From NCBI GenBank assembly GCA_963666285.1, contig OY762711.1: a DNA stretch of 64,000 bases. The stretch is one strand, 5' to 3'. This DNA comes from Sedimentisphaerales bacterium. Lineage in GTDB: Bacteria > Planctomycetota > Phycisphaerae > Sedimentisphaerales > SM23-30. Of the stretch, positions 1 to 9,027 are shown one piece after another (positions within the stretch are counted from its first letter, which is position 1; each line of letters begins with the position of its first letter). The notes beneath the pieces were generated by a model. The model saw only the letters and a program-made list of their open reading frames with translations, did no database searches and was not told the DNA's origin. The translations under genes and the position numbers were made by a program.

Positions 1-155
1 ATTTACCAATAGTAACTTATCTTAAGTTATGGCAATTAAAAACAACAAATTATGACATAATTTCGACAAAAACCTGAAAATTGTAAATATTCATAAGTAT
101 ATATTCCATCAGCAGTTCAAGAACATATTACCAAAATGCAGCTTCTGCCGCCCTA

Positions 156-2159
156 TCATTCTGCCTGCTCAAGTCTGATATAATCTATGCCCAGCATATT
201 ACCAGGCTTAGCCTTTGGATTCGGCTTCAATACCTGGAATCTAAATACATGTTCTCCTTTATCCAGCTGGAGAATGCCCAATTCAATCTGTCGCAAATTT
301 ACCCCTTGCGGCACATAGAAATCCTCACTCTTGATCAGTTCCCGCCCATCAAGAGTAACGCAAAAACAACCATAATCAATCGCAGTTATTGTCTGAAGCG
401 TTGCATTGTAACGCCCTTTACCTGGCAGCTGGAAGGCAAATTCCAGCACATCACCGACCTTTGCATCTTTCCACCATAAATGCGTGCCGTTACTGGTGCC
501 CCAGTTACCTTTCTGCGGCTCGGTAAAGCCGCCGGAAACTCTACGCAATTGAGTATCTTCACCTTCGATAAGCAAATTATACTTGCCAACCTTAGCTGCC
601 GCCATTTCCGGCATGACTTCGCCATTATCAATGGCCCCGCCAAAAGCATACCAGTAGGTTGTTGAAGCATAATCAATATCAGTAGCCTGCCAGTGCCAAA
701 GCTCCATATCAAATTTAATCGATTCGGTAAAAGGTATAATATCGAGCAGCCTTACGCGGGTATTTGTACTATGACCGACTTTGCTATTGCCGAAACCCTC
801 AGGCTGGGCATGAAACGGAGAGGTAAAATATTCGGAACAGCACCAGGCATAGCCAAAATAATCTTCGGTACCGGTACCAAAATGAGAAGGAAATTGCTCT
901 CCATCAACAAATACTTTCTCATCACCTTCCCCCCACCATGCATTCGCCCGATTGAATACCGCCAGGGTATCTCCGGCATAGACACCTTTACCTTTAACTG
1001 TTATAAAATTCCAGTCCGACATTCGGGAACGATCAGAACCGTAAACCGGTATTTGCTCATCAGCCCGCCAGGAAGCATGAAAATACATGGTACGATCTGT
1101 CCATTGATATTCTGCGACACCAATCTCACCAAGCTCTACACTCACATCAGCGTTTCCATAATTGGTAATAGTAACGCTCGCTGCATCCTTGTACGGCATA
1201 GGCCAGTAACAGCTCATCCATCCATCAGAACCAACTTCACGCCACCAGCCTTTATAAGGTTTCAACCCAACTCCGGTACCAAAGAATTCGCCTATCGGCA
1301 CCCAAACCGTTTGTTTCCCATCAAATTCAGCACTAATGACAGTTGATCGCATAGCCTGCTCGATATTTTCCGCCCCTATCCTGATTTTTAGAGTGCTGAT
1401 ACAGCCGGAACCTTTCAGATCACGGTTAATCGACTTACCGACAGAAAGCACTGTTTTCTTACCGGTAACAGTTTTCGAGACTGTCATTCTATTGGCCAGC
1501 GGTTCAAGCAATTGTTTCTGTACATTCTCGATCAATTCAGAGTTTTTCTTGAAATCAGCCATTGAGAATGTCTGAATATCTGTACCTTTGGGATACTGCC
1601 GATAATTGATATTATAATATATATTATCATTAAAATCTTTGCTTTCCCTGGCATGCGGGCCATCATAGGTTATTTTACAGTGTTTGCGATACGGTATCGG
1701 CAGATAAAGATTACGCCCCCTGGATGCCTCGGCATTAAGCGGAGGACCTAACAAAATACCACCGCCAATCAATTTATCTGCTTTTCCCTGGAATACAGGC
1801 TCATCTGAGTCATCCAGATAAACGCGAATAGTGCCTTTATATTTGAACCCGGTAATCCACCAGCGGACAATCACTCCCGGACCGTCAACATCCATCATTA
1901 CCCATTCACGTCTGCCATTTATCTCATCACAGCGAACAAAATTCGACCAGTCATCGTTGGCAAACCAGTCCGGATTACCGGGAGTTTTACTCTTAGGGTC
2001 ATAACTGCTTACCTGCCTGCAAGTATAGTCACCAGCCGGATATTCGGCAATAGAATTACGATCCAGCATATCTTCTAGTAAACTGCCAAGCGAAATAACT
2101 TCGGCATTAACAATATTAACTGAAAGCAAACATATAATTACAAAAATACCTTTTTTCAT
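156..2159 (-). CDS. Secreted DUF2961 / GH172-like glycoside hydrolase with a C-terminal beta-sandwich domain
   Basis: 667 aa ORF with signal peptide; DUF2961 signatures DVDGPGVIVRWW and WWGEGDEKVFVDGE...HFGTGTEDYFGYAW; RBS GAGGTGG upstream. Confidence 0.85.
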   Translation of the reverse strand: MKKGIFVIICLLSVNIVNAEVISLGSLLEDMLDRNSIAEYPAGDYTCRQVSSYDPKSKTPGNPDWFANDDWSNFVRCDEINGRREWVMMDVDGPGVIVRWWITGFKYKGTIRVYLDDSDEPVFQGKADKLIGGGILLGPPLNAEASRGRNLYLPIPYRKHCKITYDGPHARESKDFNDNIYYNINYRQYPKGTDIQTFSMADFKKNSELIENVQKQLLEPLANRMTVSKTVTGKKTVLSVGKSINRDLKGSGCISTLKIRIGAENIEQAMRSTVISAEFDGKQTVWVPIGEFFGTGVGLKPYKGWWREVGSDGWMSCYWPMPYKDAASVTITNYGNADVSVELGEIGVAEYQWTDRTMYFHASWRADEQIPVYGSDRSRMSDWNFITVKGKGVYAGDTLAVFNRANAWWGEGDEKVFVDGEQFPSHFGTGTEDYFGYAWCCSEYFTSPFHAQPEGFGNSKVGHSTNTRVRLLDIIPFTESIKFDMELWHWQATDIDYASTTYWYAFGGAIDNGEVMPEMAAAKVGKYNLLIEGEDTQLRRVSGGFTEPQKGNWGTSNGTHLWWKDAKVGDVLEFAFQLPGKGRYNATLQTITAIDYGCFCVTLDGRELIKSEDFYVPQGVNLRQIELGILQLDKGEHVFRFQVLKPNPKAKPGNMLGIDYIRLEQAE

Positions 2160-2215
2160 TTGGCCACCTCAATAAACAGGATTTTAATTCATATAATTAT
2201 ACAGTTTATAAAAAC

Positions 2216-2256
2216 AAAACCCACCTCAAAATTCAATTTCTTTGAGATGGGTTTTT
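2216..2256. terminator. Intrinsic terminator-like hairpin between GH32 and DUF2961
   Basis: AAAACCCACCTCAAA (2216-2230) / TTTGAGATGGGTTTT (2241-2255), flanked by A- and T-rich runs. Confidence 0.7.
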
Positions 2257-2278
2257 ATTTACGGTCAAAAATATTTGT

Positions 2279-4483
2279 TTACCAGACTGGGTTCAATTCA
2301 TAAATATCCATATTTTCAACTGAAGCATTGCCATTAACGCTTAACTCCAATGTATTTTGATTTTCAGATATATCAACACCAATAGGCATGTAAACACTGC
2401 CGCCATTGGCAAATATCTCAATACTCATACGGTCAACAAGCAATTCCAGGCTGATCTTTCCATCCACCAACGCCAAAGAAGCGGTCTTACCCTGACAGTT
2501 AAGCTGCTGCGATGCAACATCGTATGTTACCGGCACACCGCGGATAACAAATTTCACTTCTGCTGCTTCCTGCGGCTTAATTTCAGACTTAATATGGAAA
2601 AGTTCACCTGATAATGAAGAAAGTAAATTACTGCCTGACCGGACAACCTGATTTTCCCAATGTAAATGATTCTTATGCAAGGATGTAATTTCTTCTACCG
2701 GGTTCACAAATACTCGCAGACCGGCATTTGTTGTATGCAGCGTTAACTCTACCGGAAAGAGGATCATCTGGTTGAAAGGCATGCCATGCATTTCAATCCC
2801 ACGTCCCCAGCCCATCTGGATACGTCTGCCGTCTGTTTCAGGTATATTATTAAAAGTCTGAGATGCGTAGAAACAATTTCCATATTCAAATTTAATCATA
2901 TCAGTTTCCGGAATAAATGTTTCGCCATCAAAGCTGCCTATTTTATAGTCGCCGCTTGCTCCGTAAACCACCCATTTGGTATTGCCGGAATCGCCATCAA
3001 CCGGCAGTTCAAACAGTTCAGGACATTCAAAGAAACCTTCGATATCACTCTTTCTTTGCCAAGATTTAAGATCACTGGAATTAAAAATCGAAAGAGTAGA
3101 ACCATCAATATAAACAACCATTACCCATTTACCGCTGACTTCATGCCAGAACACTTTCGGGTCACGAGTACCTCCGGCGATTTGAGAAACAACGGGATTA
3201 TTAGCAAATTTGGACCAGGTATGACCACTGTCATTACTATATGCCATAGACTGTGTAAACGGCTGACTGCTTGACCAGCGACTGGTACCGCCGGCAGAAG
3301 TATAGAAAGCAACCAATGTTTTTTCGCTGCCGGATTGCAGCCCGCTGGTATTATTATAATCAACCAGAGCCGAACCAGAAAAAATCGTACCCAGCTGGTC
3401 TGGATGCAATGCATCGCCCAACTCCTGCCAGTGCAGCATATCCGTACTTACCGCATGTCCCCAGGTCATATTCCCCCAGCCCCATCCATAAGGATTATGC
3501 TGATAGAATAGATGATACTGACCATCATAATAAACCATACCATTAGTATCATTTACCCAGCCCCGACGGGTTGTATAATGGAATTGCGGGCGTTTACTTT
3601 CATTATACATTTCTTCCATCCCCGGAAATGTATCAGAGTTTTTTACGGCATTAAAACCTAATTTCCAATCGGAAGTATACCTGTCTATCCTTACCACACC
3701 GGCTTTACCCTGAAACTCACTTACATCCAGATAAACCCAGAAATCGGCTTCTTCAATCGCAAGTTCGATATCAAACTCCCTTACCATTACTCCATCAATA
3801 AATAGACTAATCCATCGTTTGGCTGCCCCATTCTTTACAGGAAAGATAAGGTATTTATTAGAAAAACTAATCTCAATATCTTTATCTAAAACCACTTCCT
3901 GTTTTTTGCTACTTTGAACTATGTGATCGATGTTTATATGACCCCAACCGCCGGTACGATTATCAACTATCTCTATGTTAACCTTTTTACCCATAAACTC
4001 AGCAACATCCCAGGAGCTCCAATCCAGGTATTCAGTGCCACCGGAAGCTATATTGGGCCCAACTGCCGTCCTGACAACCTGCCCATCTAAAAGGAGATTT
4101 ATACAGGTTTCACCTTCATAGCCGCCACCGCCAATAAGAAAATTGATATAATGACGCACTACCTTGAATTCAGGTGAAGTTAATTTACCAACAGTTCCAT
4201 CTCCACCAAAATATGAATTAACTAAGCCACTGCCTTTATAACCGGAAACCTGCATCTGGTCGGGAAGTGTTCCCTGGGCCGGGCCGGAGCCAAAGGCTTC
4301 ACCTTCAACCAGCCAGCTGCCATAATCACTGCCTTCAAAGTCGGCTATTATTACATCATTTGTATCAGCCTGCCTGAATGTCTCGTAAGCCAGCACTTTT
4401 GCAGACGCCGACAAGACCGGAATTAACACCAGTAAAAGTAAATATCTAATAATCTTATTTTCTGCTTTCTTCATACAATACAA
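2279..4483 (-). CDS. Secreted GH32 levanase/beta-fructofuranosidase with an N-terminal carbohydrate-binding-like domain
   Basis: GH32 catalytic motifs WVNDTNG, RDP and ECP; HLFYQHNP and WGHAVSTD; signal peptide; extra N-terminal domain ending GGWGHINIDHI. Confidence 0.93.
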   Translation of the reverse strand: MYCMKKAENKIIRYLLLLVLIPVLSASAKVLAYETFRQADTNDVIIADFEGSDYGSWLVEGEAFGSGPAQGTLPDQMQVSGYKGSGLVNSYFGGDGTVGKLTSPEFKVVRHYINFLIGGGGYEGETCINLLLDGQVVRTAVGPNIASGGTEYLDWSSWDVAEFMGKKVNIEIVDNRTGGWGHINIDHIVQSSKKQEVVLDKDIEISFSNKYLIFPVKNGAAKRWISLFIDGVMVREFDIELAIEEADFWVYLDVSEFQGKAGVVRIDRYTSDWKLGFNAVKNSDTFPGMEEMYNESKRPQFHYTTRRGWVNDTNGMVYYDGQYHLFYQHNPYGWGWGNMTWGHAVSTDMLHWQELGDALHPDQLGTIFSGSALVDYNNTSGLQSGSEKTLVAFYTSAGGTSRWSSSQPFTQSMAYSNDSGHTWSKFANNPVVSQIAGGTRDPKVFWHEVSGKWVMVVYIDGSTLSIFNSSDLKSWQRKSDIEGFFECPELFELPVDGDSGNTKWVVYGASGDYKIGSFDGETFIPETDMIKFEYGNCFYASQTFNNIPETDGRRIQMGWGRGIEMHGMPFNQMILFPVELTLHTTNAGLRVFVNPVEEITSLHKNHLHWENQVVRSGSNLLSSLSGELFHIKSEIKPQEAAEVKFVIRGVPVTYDVASQQLNCQGKTASLALVDGKISLELLVDRMSIEIFANGGSVYMPIGVDISENQNTLELSVNGNASVENMDIYELNPVW

Positions 4484-4504
4484 TTCCTTTTGAGATATTT
4501 TAAC

Positions 4505-4547
4505 AAAAAAATACCAGCCTTCTGCAATAGACAGCCAAAGGCTGGTA
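4505..4547 (-). terminator. Intrinsic terminator after the LamG gene
   Basis: Perfect 10 bp stem TACCAGCCTT / AAGGCTGGTA; A7 run on + gives a U-tract on -. Confidence 0.75.
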
Positions 4548-4569
4548 CAATTTTAATCATAATAATTGC

Positions 4570-6765
4570 TTATTCAATAACATTTGTGCATGTCGGCAAA
4601 AGACCGCAATCAAGCCATTCTGACATAAACATTGCAAAGTCTTCGAGATTAACTTTACAATCATTATTAAGATCATAATTAAGCTCAACAACACATAGAT
4701 CGCCACCGGCAATAGCTACATAAGATTGAGCTACATCAGTTGCAGATAATGCATAATTATACACTTTCACTTCATCCATTGCACCTGCAAAGTATTCACT
4801 ATCATTTGTAGTATTTGTTCGGCCAATATGGAAGTTAATACTTGAAGGAACTGCATGCGGCTGTGGATTATTTGAGCCGGCCTCAATACCATCTATGTAT
4901 ATTACCTTTGTGACGCCATCATAAGTTGCAACTATCTGATGCCATTTTTCATCTGCCAGGCTATAACCGCGACTGGCAGACAAATCATTATCCCACCAAT
5001 AGTTATTAACCCAGTCAGGAGCACCGGAATAAATCGCAATTGCATTTACCTGGTTATAAGTGCCATAATTGCCCCATCCAATAAAGCCTTCGCTCTTTGG
5101 ACTTGTCTTAGCCCAAACAGACATAGTATATGGTGAATCACCAACTGGTATATCGTTCATTGTACCATCTGCCTTTTTGGTCCCAAGTGAAAATTCACCA
5201 TTAAATACAACTGCACCACTCTCTGAACCATCAGCACCGGCAGTCCATTCGAAAGTATCAGGAACAATACTCAGAGCTGTTAGGTCATTATCAGAATCTG
5301 AAAGATCAAGCCATAAATAATTCGGATCTGTTACTCCCGGATCATCCAGGTCCCAATAACCTACCAAGCGACTTATCTTCAAAGTTACAGTATCTGATGC
5401 AATAGTACCGGCCGAATTTGTAACTTCACAATAGAACGAATCTTCATTTGCAATTTGAGCTCCGGTAATTAACAATGTAGCAGTTTTAGAACCACTGACA
5501 TTCCCACTATCACTGACAGCACCATCCAGATTGAACCATTGATAACTGGCAGTAGAAACAGAATAAACATCAAAAGTAAACTCTGCATTTTCACCGGCAA
5601 ATACCTGTAATGATTCCGGCTGCGACTGAATAACCGGGTATGTCTTATTTGTATCAAATGACCAGATCACACCTGGCACATCATAATTCGGATCATCAGC
5701 AACTTCTGACTCTACCACTGACCAGTAATAAGTTGTATCAGTACTCAAACCATCAACTACAATACTTTCTGTTGAAGGATTACCTTTCAATGCTGCTGAA
5801 GAAGCAGAAATTACTTCATCTATATTATCGCTTACATATACTTTATACTCTACAGGCGATACATTAGTTCCAGAAATCCAGCTAAGAGTAACAGGCTGAC
5901 TCGAATCTACATCAATTCCGCCATCGGCAGGTACCGGAGTATTGGCTTTTGCATCTGTGTTATAAAATCTAACAGCATCTTTATAAGTAGAAGCTACACA
6001 AATTTCATCAAACTGAGCTACACGGCCGGCCGGATCAACCCAGGTTGCAAAAGTAATTGCATTAAAAGTCATATCACCGGCATTTACCAGATCGGGATCT
6101 TTTACCGGCTCTGCATCAAGCGATGGCTGACGATAAACAGTTACATCATCACCATCTGCTTCAAAATCAATCTTTACAACATACAATTCAGTGTCTGTTG
6201 TGCCGTCACCCAGATAATTCAGATGCACGCCTATATTACTTGGGTCGGTATTACGATCTCTATAAGCACATACCTGAATAGTGCTATTCATATCATTACC
6301 AATATATAAAATTGCTCCGCCATCACCAAGGTCATTACGTTTCAATTCGAAAGCAAAAAATGGTGACGTATAGTTCGTTTTCATCAGGAAACTCAGATAA
6401 ATAGTCTGACCATTATTACCAATTACACCACCATTGTTGTATTCACCCAAAGAACCTTCAACATCAAGAAAACGCCCCGCACGAGTACCGTCCCAAACAG
6501 GCACATAAGCCTGAAACATACCGCTGCCATTTTGATAAGCGGTATCTACACCCGGATAAATCAAACTTTCCGGCAATACTGTGCAATTTGAGGCAATACC
6601 GCCACCTGTTCCCCAGGAACCGGTAAAGCCGTATGTCTGAACTGCTTCATCCACTATTTCGCCAGGAGCATAAGTAAATGTATCATAAGCATAAACTTCA
6701 CCAAACACAACATTAACCATACTGAACAATAGTACTAATTGTAAAATTGACAACATTTTCTTCAT
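4570..6765 (-). CDS. Secreted multidomain protein: FN3/Ig-like, LamG-like jellyroll, C-terminal dockerin/EF-hand-like tail
   Basis: Signal peptide; TTYYWSV; Ig motif YQWF...YCEVTNSAG; LamG motifs WHQIVATYDG and FAGAMDEVKVYNYALS; tail YDLNNDCKVNLEDFAMFMSEWL; RBS AAGGAG. Confidence 0.8.
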   Translation of the reverse strand: MKKMLSILQLVLLFSMVNVVFGEVYAYDTFTYAPGEIVDEAVQTYGFTGSWGTGGGIASNCTVLPESLIYPGVDTAYQNGSGMFQAYVPVWDGTRAGRFLDVEGSLGEYNNGGVIGNNGQTIYLSFLMKTNYTSPFFAFELKRNDLGDGGAILYIGNDMNSTIQVCAYRDRNTDPSNIGVHLNYLGDGTTDTELYVVKIDFEADGDDVTVYRQPSLDAEPVKDPDLVNAGDMTFNAITFATWVDPAGRVAQFDEICVASTYKDAVRFYNTDAKANTPVPADGGIDVDSSQPVTLSWISGTNVSPVEYKVYVSDNIDEVISASSAALKGNPSTESIVVDGLSTDTTYYWSVVESEVADDPNYDVPGVIWSFDTNKTYPVIQSQPESLQVFAGENAEFTFDVYSVSTASYQWFNLDGAVSDSGNVSGSKTATLLITGAQIANEDSFYCEVTNSAGTIASDTVTLKISRLVGYWDLDDPGVTDPNYLWLDLSDSDNDLTALSIVPDTFEWTAGADGSESGAVVFNGEFSLGTKKADGTMNDIPVGDSPYTMSVWAKTSPKSEGFIGWGNYGTYNQVNAIAIYSGAPDWVNNYWWDNDLSASRGYSLADEKWHQIVATYDGVTKVIYIDGIEAGSNNPQPHAVPSSINFHIGRTNTTNDSEYFAGAMDEVKVYNYALSATDVAQSYVAIAGGDLCVVELNYDLNNDCKVNLEDFAMFMSEWLDCGLLPTCTNVIE

Positions 6766-6901
6766 TGCTTTCTCCTTAAATCAAATTATTCACATATTTA
6801 ATATTACTTTTTCTATCATAGTCACATCTTAGCCATATATTTGAACAAATATACTTTTTCATTTCATTTAATTAACCTCCGTAAATTATATATTTTTTTC
6901 G

Positions 6902-7717
6902 TTATTTAACATTTTTTACCCAGCCAATACCACCCCATAACGACCTGACAAGTTTATCAATATCCATATTTCCGGTTTCTATCCTGCGCCAATATGAAGC
7001 ATCGTTAGGATTCTCAAGCTGGTCAGCCTCTTCTGCAAAATCGAGTGTGCGTTTATCATCCCATTTCCAATGTTCGGCGTGACCATCAATAAAAGCAAAT
7101 GTTGTACCATTTCCATGACGATTTGGCACAGGATCCCACCATTGCTGTGTGGCATACATTATACTCCACGATGCTGGTGTAGCCCAACCTTCATCAATAA
7201 ACATCATGCGCTCTGAAGGAAATTTGACTCTAGTTAAATTTTTTACTAATCCTGATTCCGGGGCTCCACTAACTGCAAGCAAACCCAGATTATCATATGC
7301 AAAAGAATCTGGAATCGAGTATGATCTCGCCTGACCCTTTCGCGATGTTGGACACCTGAATAACTCAACCTGATCACCGGCATATCGCCATAACAAACCA
7401 CGCTCAATTGCTTCCATTTGCTGCTGTTCTTTTTCGATACTATTATCTAAATTGTAATAGGCAAGACCGCCGGAATGGTCTACCCAGGCAAAGTCACCAT
7501 CAGTACTTCCGGAAGGAACCTTATCGTCATTGTCATTTGCATATAAAACCATAATAGAAGTTAAAGATTTCAAATTCGACAAACAGCTTATTCGCTTACC
7601 GGCTTCCCTGGCACGACTTAAGGCCGGCATTAATATCGAAACCAGTAAAGCAATTATTGAAATCACAACTAACAACTCGATTAACGTAAAACCATTCTTT
7701 TTTGATTGATAATTCAA
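6902..7717 (-). CDS. Prepilin-type N-terminal cleavage/methylation protein with H-X9-DG motif (DUF1559-like)
   Basis: [30 protein letters not shown]...C.SNL and C-terminal [16 protein letters not shown]. Start placed at TTG 7717 (6 nt after GGAGG) rather than 7723, which abuts the RBS. Confidence 0.9.
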   Translation of the reverse strand: MNYQSKKNGFTLIELLVVISIIALLVSILMPALSRAREAGKRISCLSNLKSLTSIMVLYANDNDDKVPSGSTDGDFAWVDHSGGLAYYNLDNSIEKEQQQMEAIERGLLWRYAGDQVELFRCPTSRKGQARSYSIPDSFAYDNLGLLAVSGAPESGLVKNLTRVKFPSERMMFIDEGWATPASWSIMYATQQWWDPVPNRHGNGTTFAFIDGHAEHWKWDDKRTLDFAEEADQLENPNDASYWRRIETGNMDIDKLVRSLWGGIGWVKNVK

Positions 7718-7762
7718 ATGCAACCTCCGAAATTTACAAAACGCAACTTAATTGTTATATAT

Positions 7763-7791
7763 AAAATAACATCGTTTTACATATATGTCAA
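7763..7791 (-). promoter_or_regulatory. Leftward sigma70-like promoter with an overlapping palindromic operator candidate
   Basis: On the - strand TTGACA-N17-TATTTT with extended TG; near-palindrome TTACATATATGTCA at 7777-7790 overlaps the -35. Confidence 0.5.
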
Positions 7792-7943
7792 TAAATTATT
7801 ACTTTTTTTTATAAATATTTCTCTTTAATTACACAAAATACTAAACATATATTACTATAAACGATTACATTACAATTTGTTACAACACATCACCCCCACC
7901 CTGACACGCCCAAAACAAACTACCCCAATATGTAATTTTATAT

Positions 7944-7972
7944 TTGACATTTACCTTTACTTGTTGTATTAT
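7944..7972 (+). promoter_or_regulatory. Rightward sigma70-like promoter for the fructokinase-transporter genes
   Basis: TTGACA (7944-7949), 17 nt spacer, TATTAT (7967-7972). Confidence 0.6.
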
Positions 7973-8025
7973 TTCATTAGTCAATCATAAGCAATAATTA
8001 TTTTCACACAGAAAACAGGTAAATA

Positions 8026-8991
8026 ATGATACATAATACAAACCATCCAACAATCGTAGGGATAGGCGAACTACTCTGGGATATGCTGCCGGGAAACCCT
8101 AGACTTGGCGGCGCACCAACAAACTTTGCCCTGCACTCAAACGCCTTAGGCGGCAAGGCCGCTATTGTCAGCGCTGTCGGTTCAGACAAACTCGGACAAG
8201 ATATCCTCAACCAACTACAAGCCAAGCAAATCGAAACCAGATACATAGAAACCAATACACTGCCAACAAGTCAGGTAGATGTCCTGGTCTGTGACAAAGG
8301 GCATCCAACATACACTATTCACGAAAATGTGGCATGGGACAACCTAAGCCTTCCCCCTAAATCTATAGAGCTTGCTAAATCATGTAACGCCGTCTGCTTT
8401 GGCACCCTGGCACAGAGAAAACCTATATCTAGAACTGCTATACAGAAATTTCTTGCAAATACAAACAAAGACTGCCTGAAAATATTCGACATCAACCTTC
8501 GACAAAATCACTACACTCCCGACACAATCTACGAATCACTCCAAACGGCAAACATCCTGAAACTTAACGACGACGAACTGATACTGCTACAAAAATTATT
8601 CAACTTGCCGACTGACACAAACTCTGCCCTTGAATCTATACTTAATCACTATAAGCTAAAACTAATCGCCTTGACCAAAGGAGCCGAAGGGAGTATTATG
8701 ATGGACAAAAATAGTATTTCATACTGTCCCGGATTAGAAGTAAATGTAAAAGATACCGTTGGCGCCGGAGATTCGTTCACCGCAGCAATGACTATAGGCT
8801 TATTATCAAAAATGCCGCTCAATACAATCAACCGGGCTGCTACACAAATTGCTGCATATGTTTGCTCACAACCAGGCGCAACCCCAACCCTGCCTGAAAC
8901 TTTAATTTCAGAACTTAAATACAATATGCCGACTATAATTGAAGAAACTAACACTAAAACAGCTAATTCAAAAAAACATTTCAAAAACTAA
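8026..8991 (+). CDS. PfkB-family carbohydrate kinase, probable fructokinase
   Basis: GIGELLWD, GGAPTNFA, FDINLRQ and DTVGAGDSF motifs; adjacent to GH32. Confidence 0.88.
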   Translation: MIHNTNHPTIVGIGELLWDMLPGNPRLGGAPTNFALHSNALGGKAAIVSAVGSDKLGQDILNQLQAKQIETRYIETNTLPTSQVDVLVCDKGHPTYTIHENVAWDNLSLPPKSIELAKSCNAVCFGTLAQRKPISRTAIQKFLANTNKDCLKIFDINLRQNHYTPDTIYESLQTANILKLNDDELILLQKLFNLPTDTNSALESILNHYKLKLIALTKGAEGSIMMDKNSISYCPGLEVNVKDTVGAGDSFTAAMTIGLLSKMPLNTINRAATQIAAYVCSQPGATPTLPETLISELKYNMPTIIEETNTKTANSKKHFKN

Positions 8992-9027
8992 CAGCAACAT
9001 AAAAAGTATTTCTTACAGGAAAATCAC

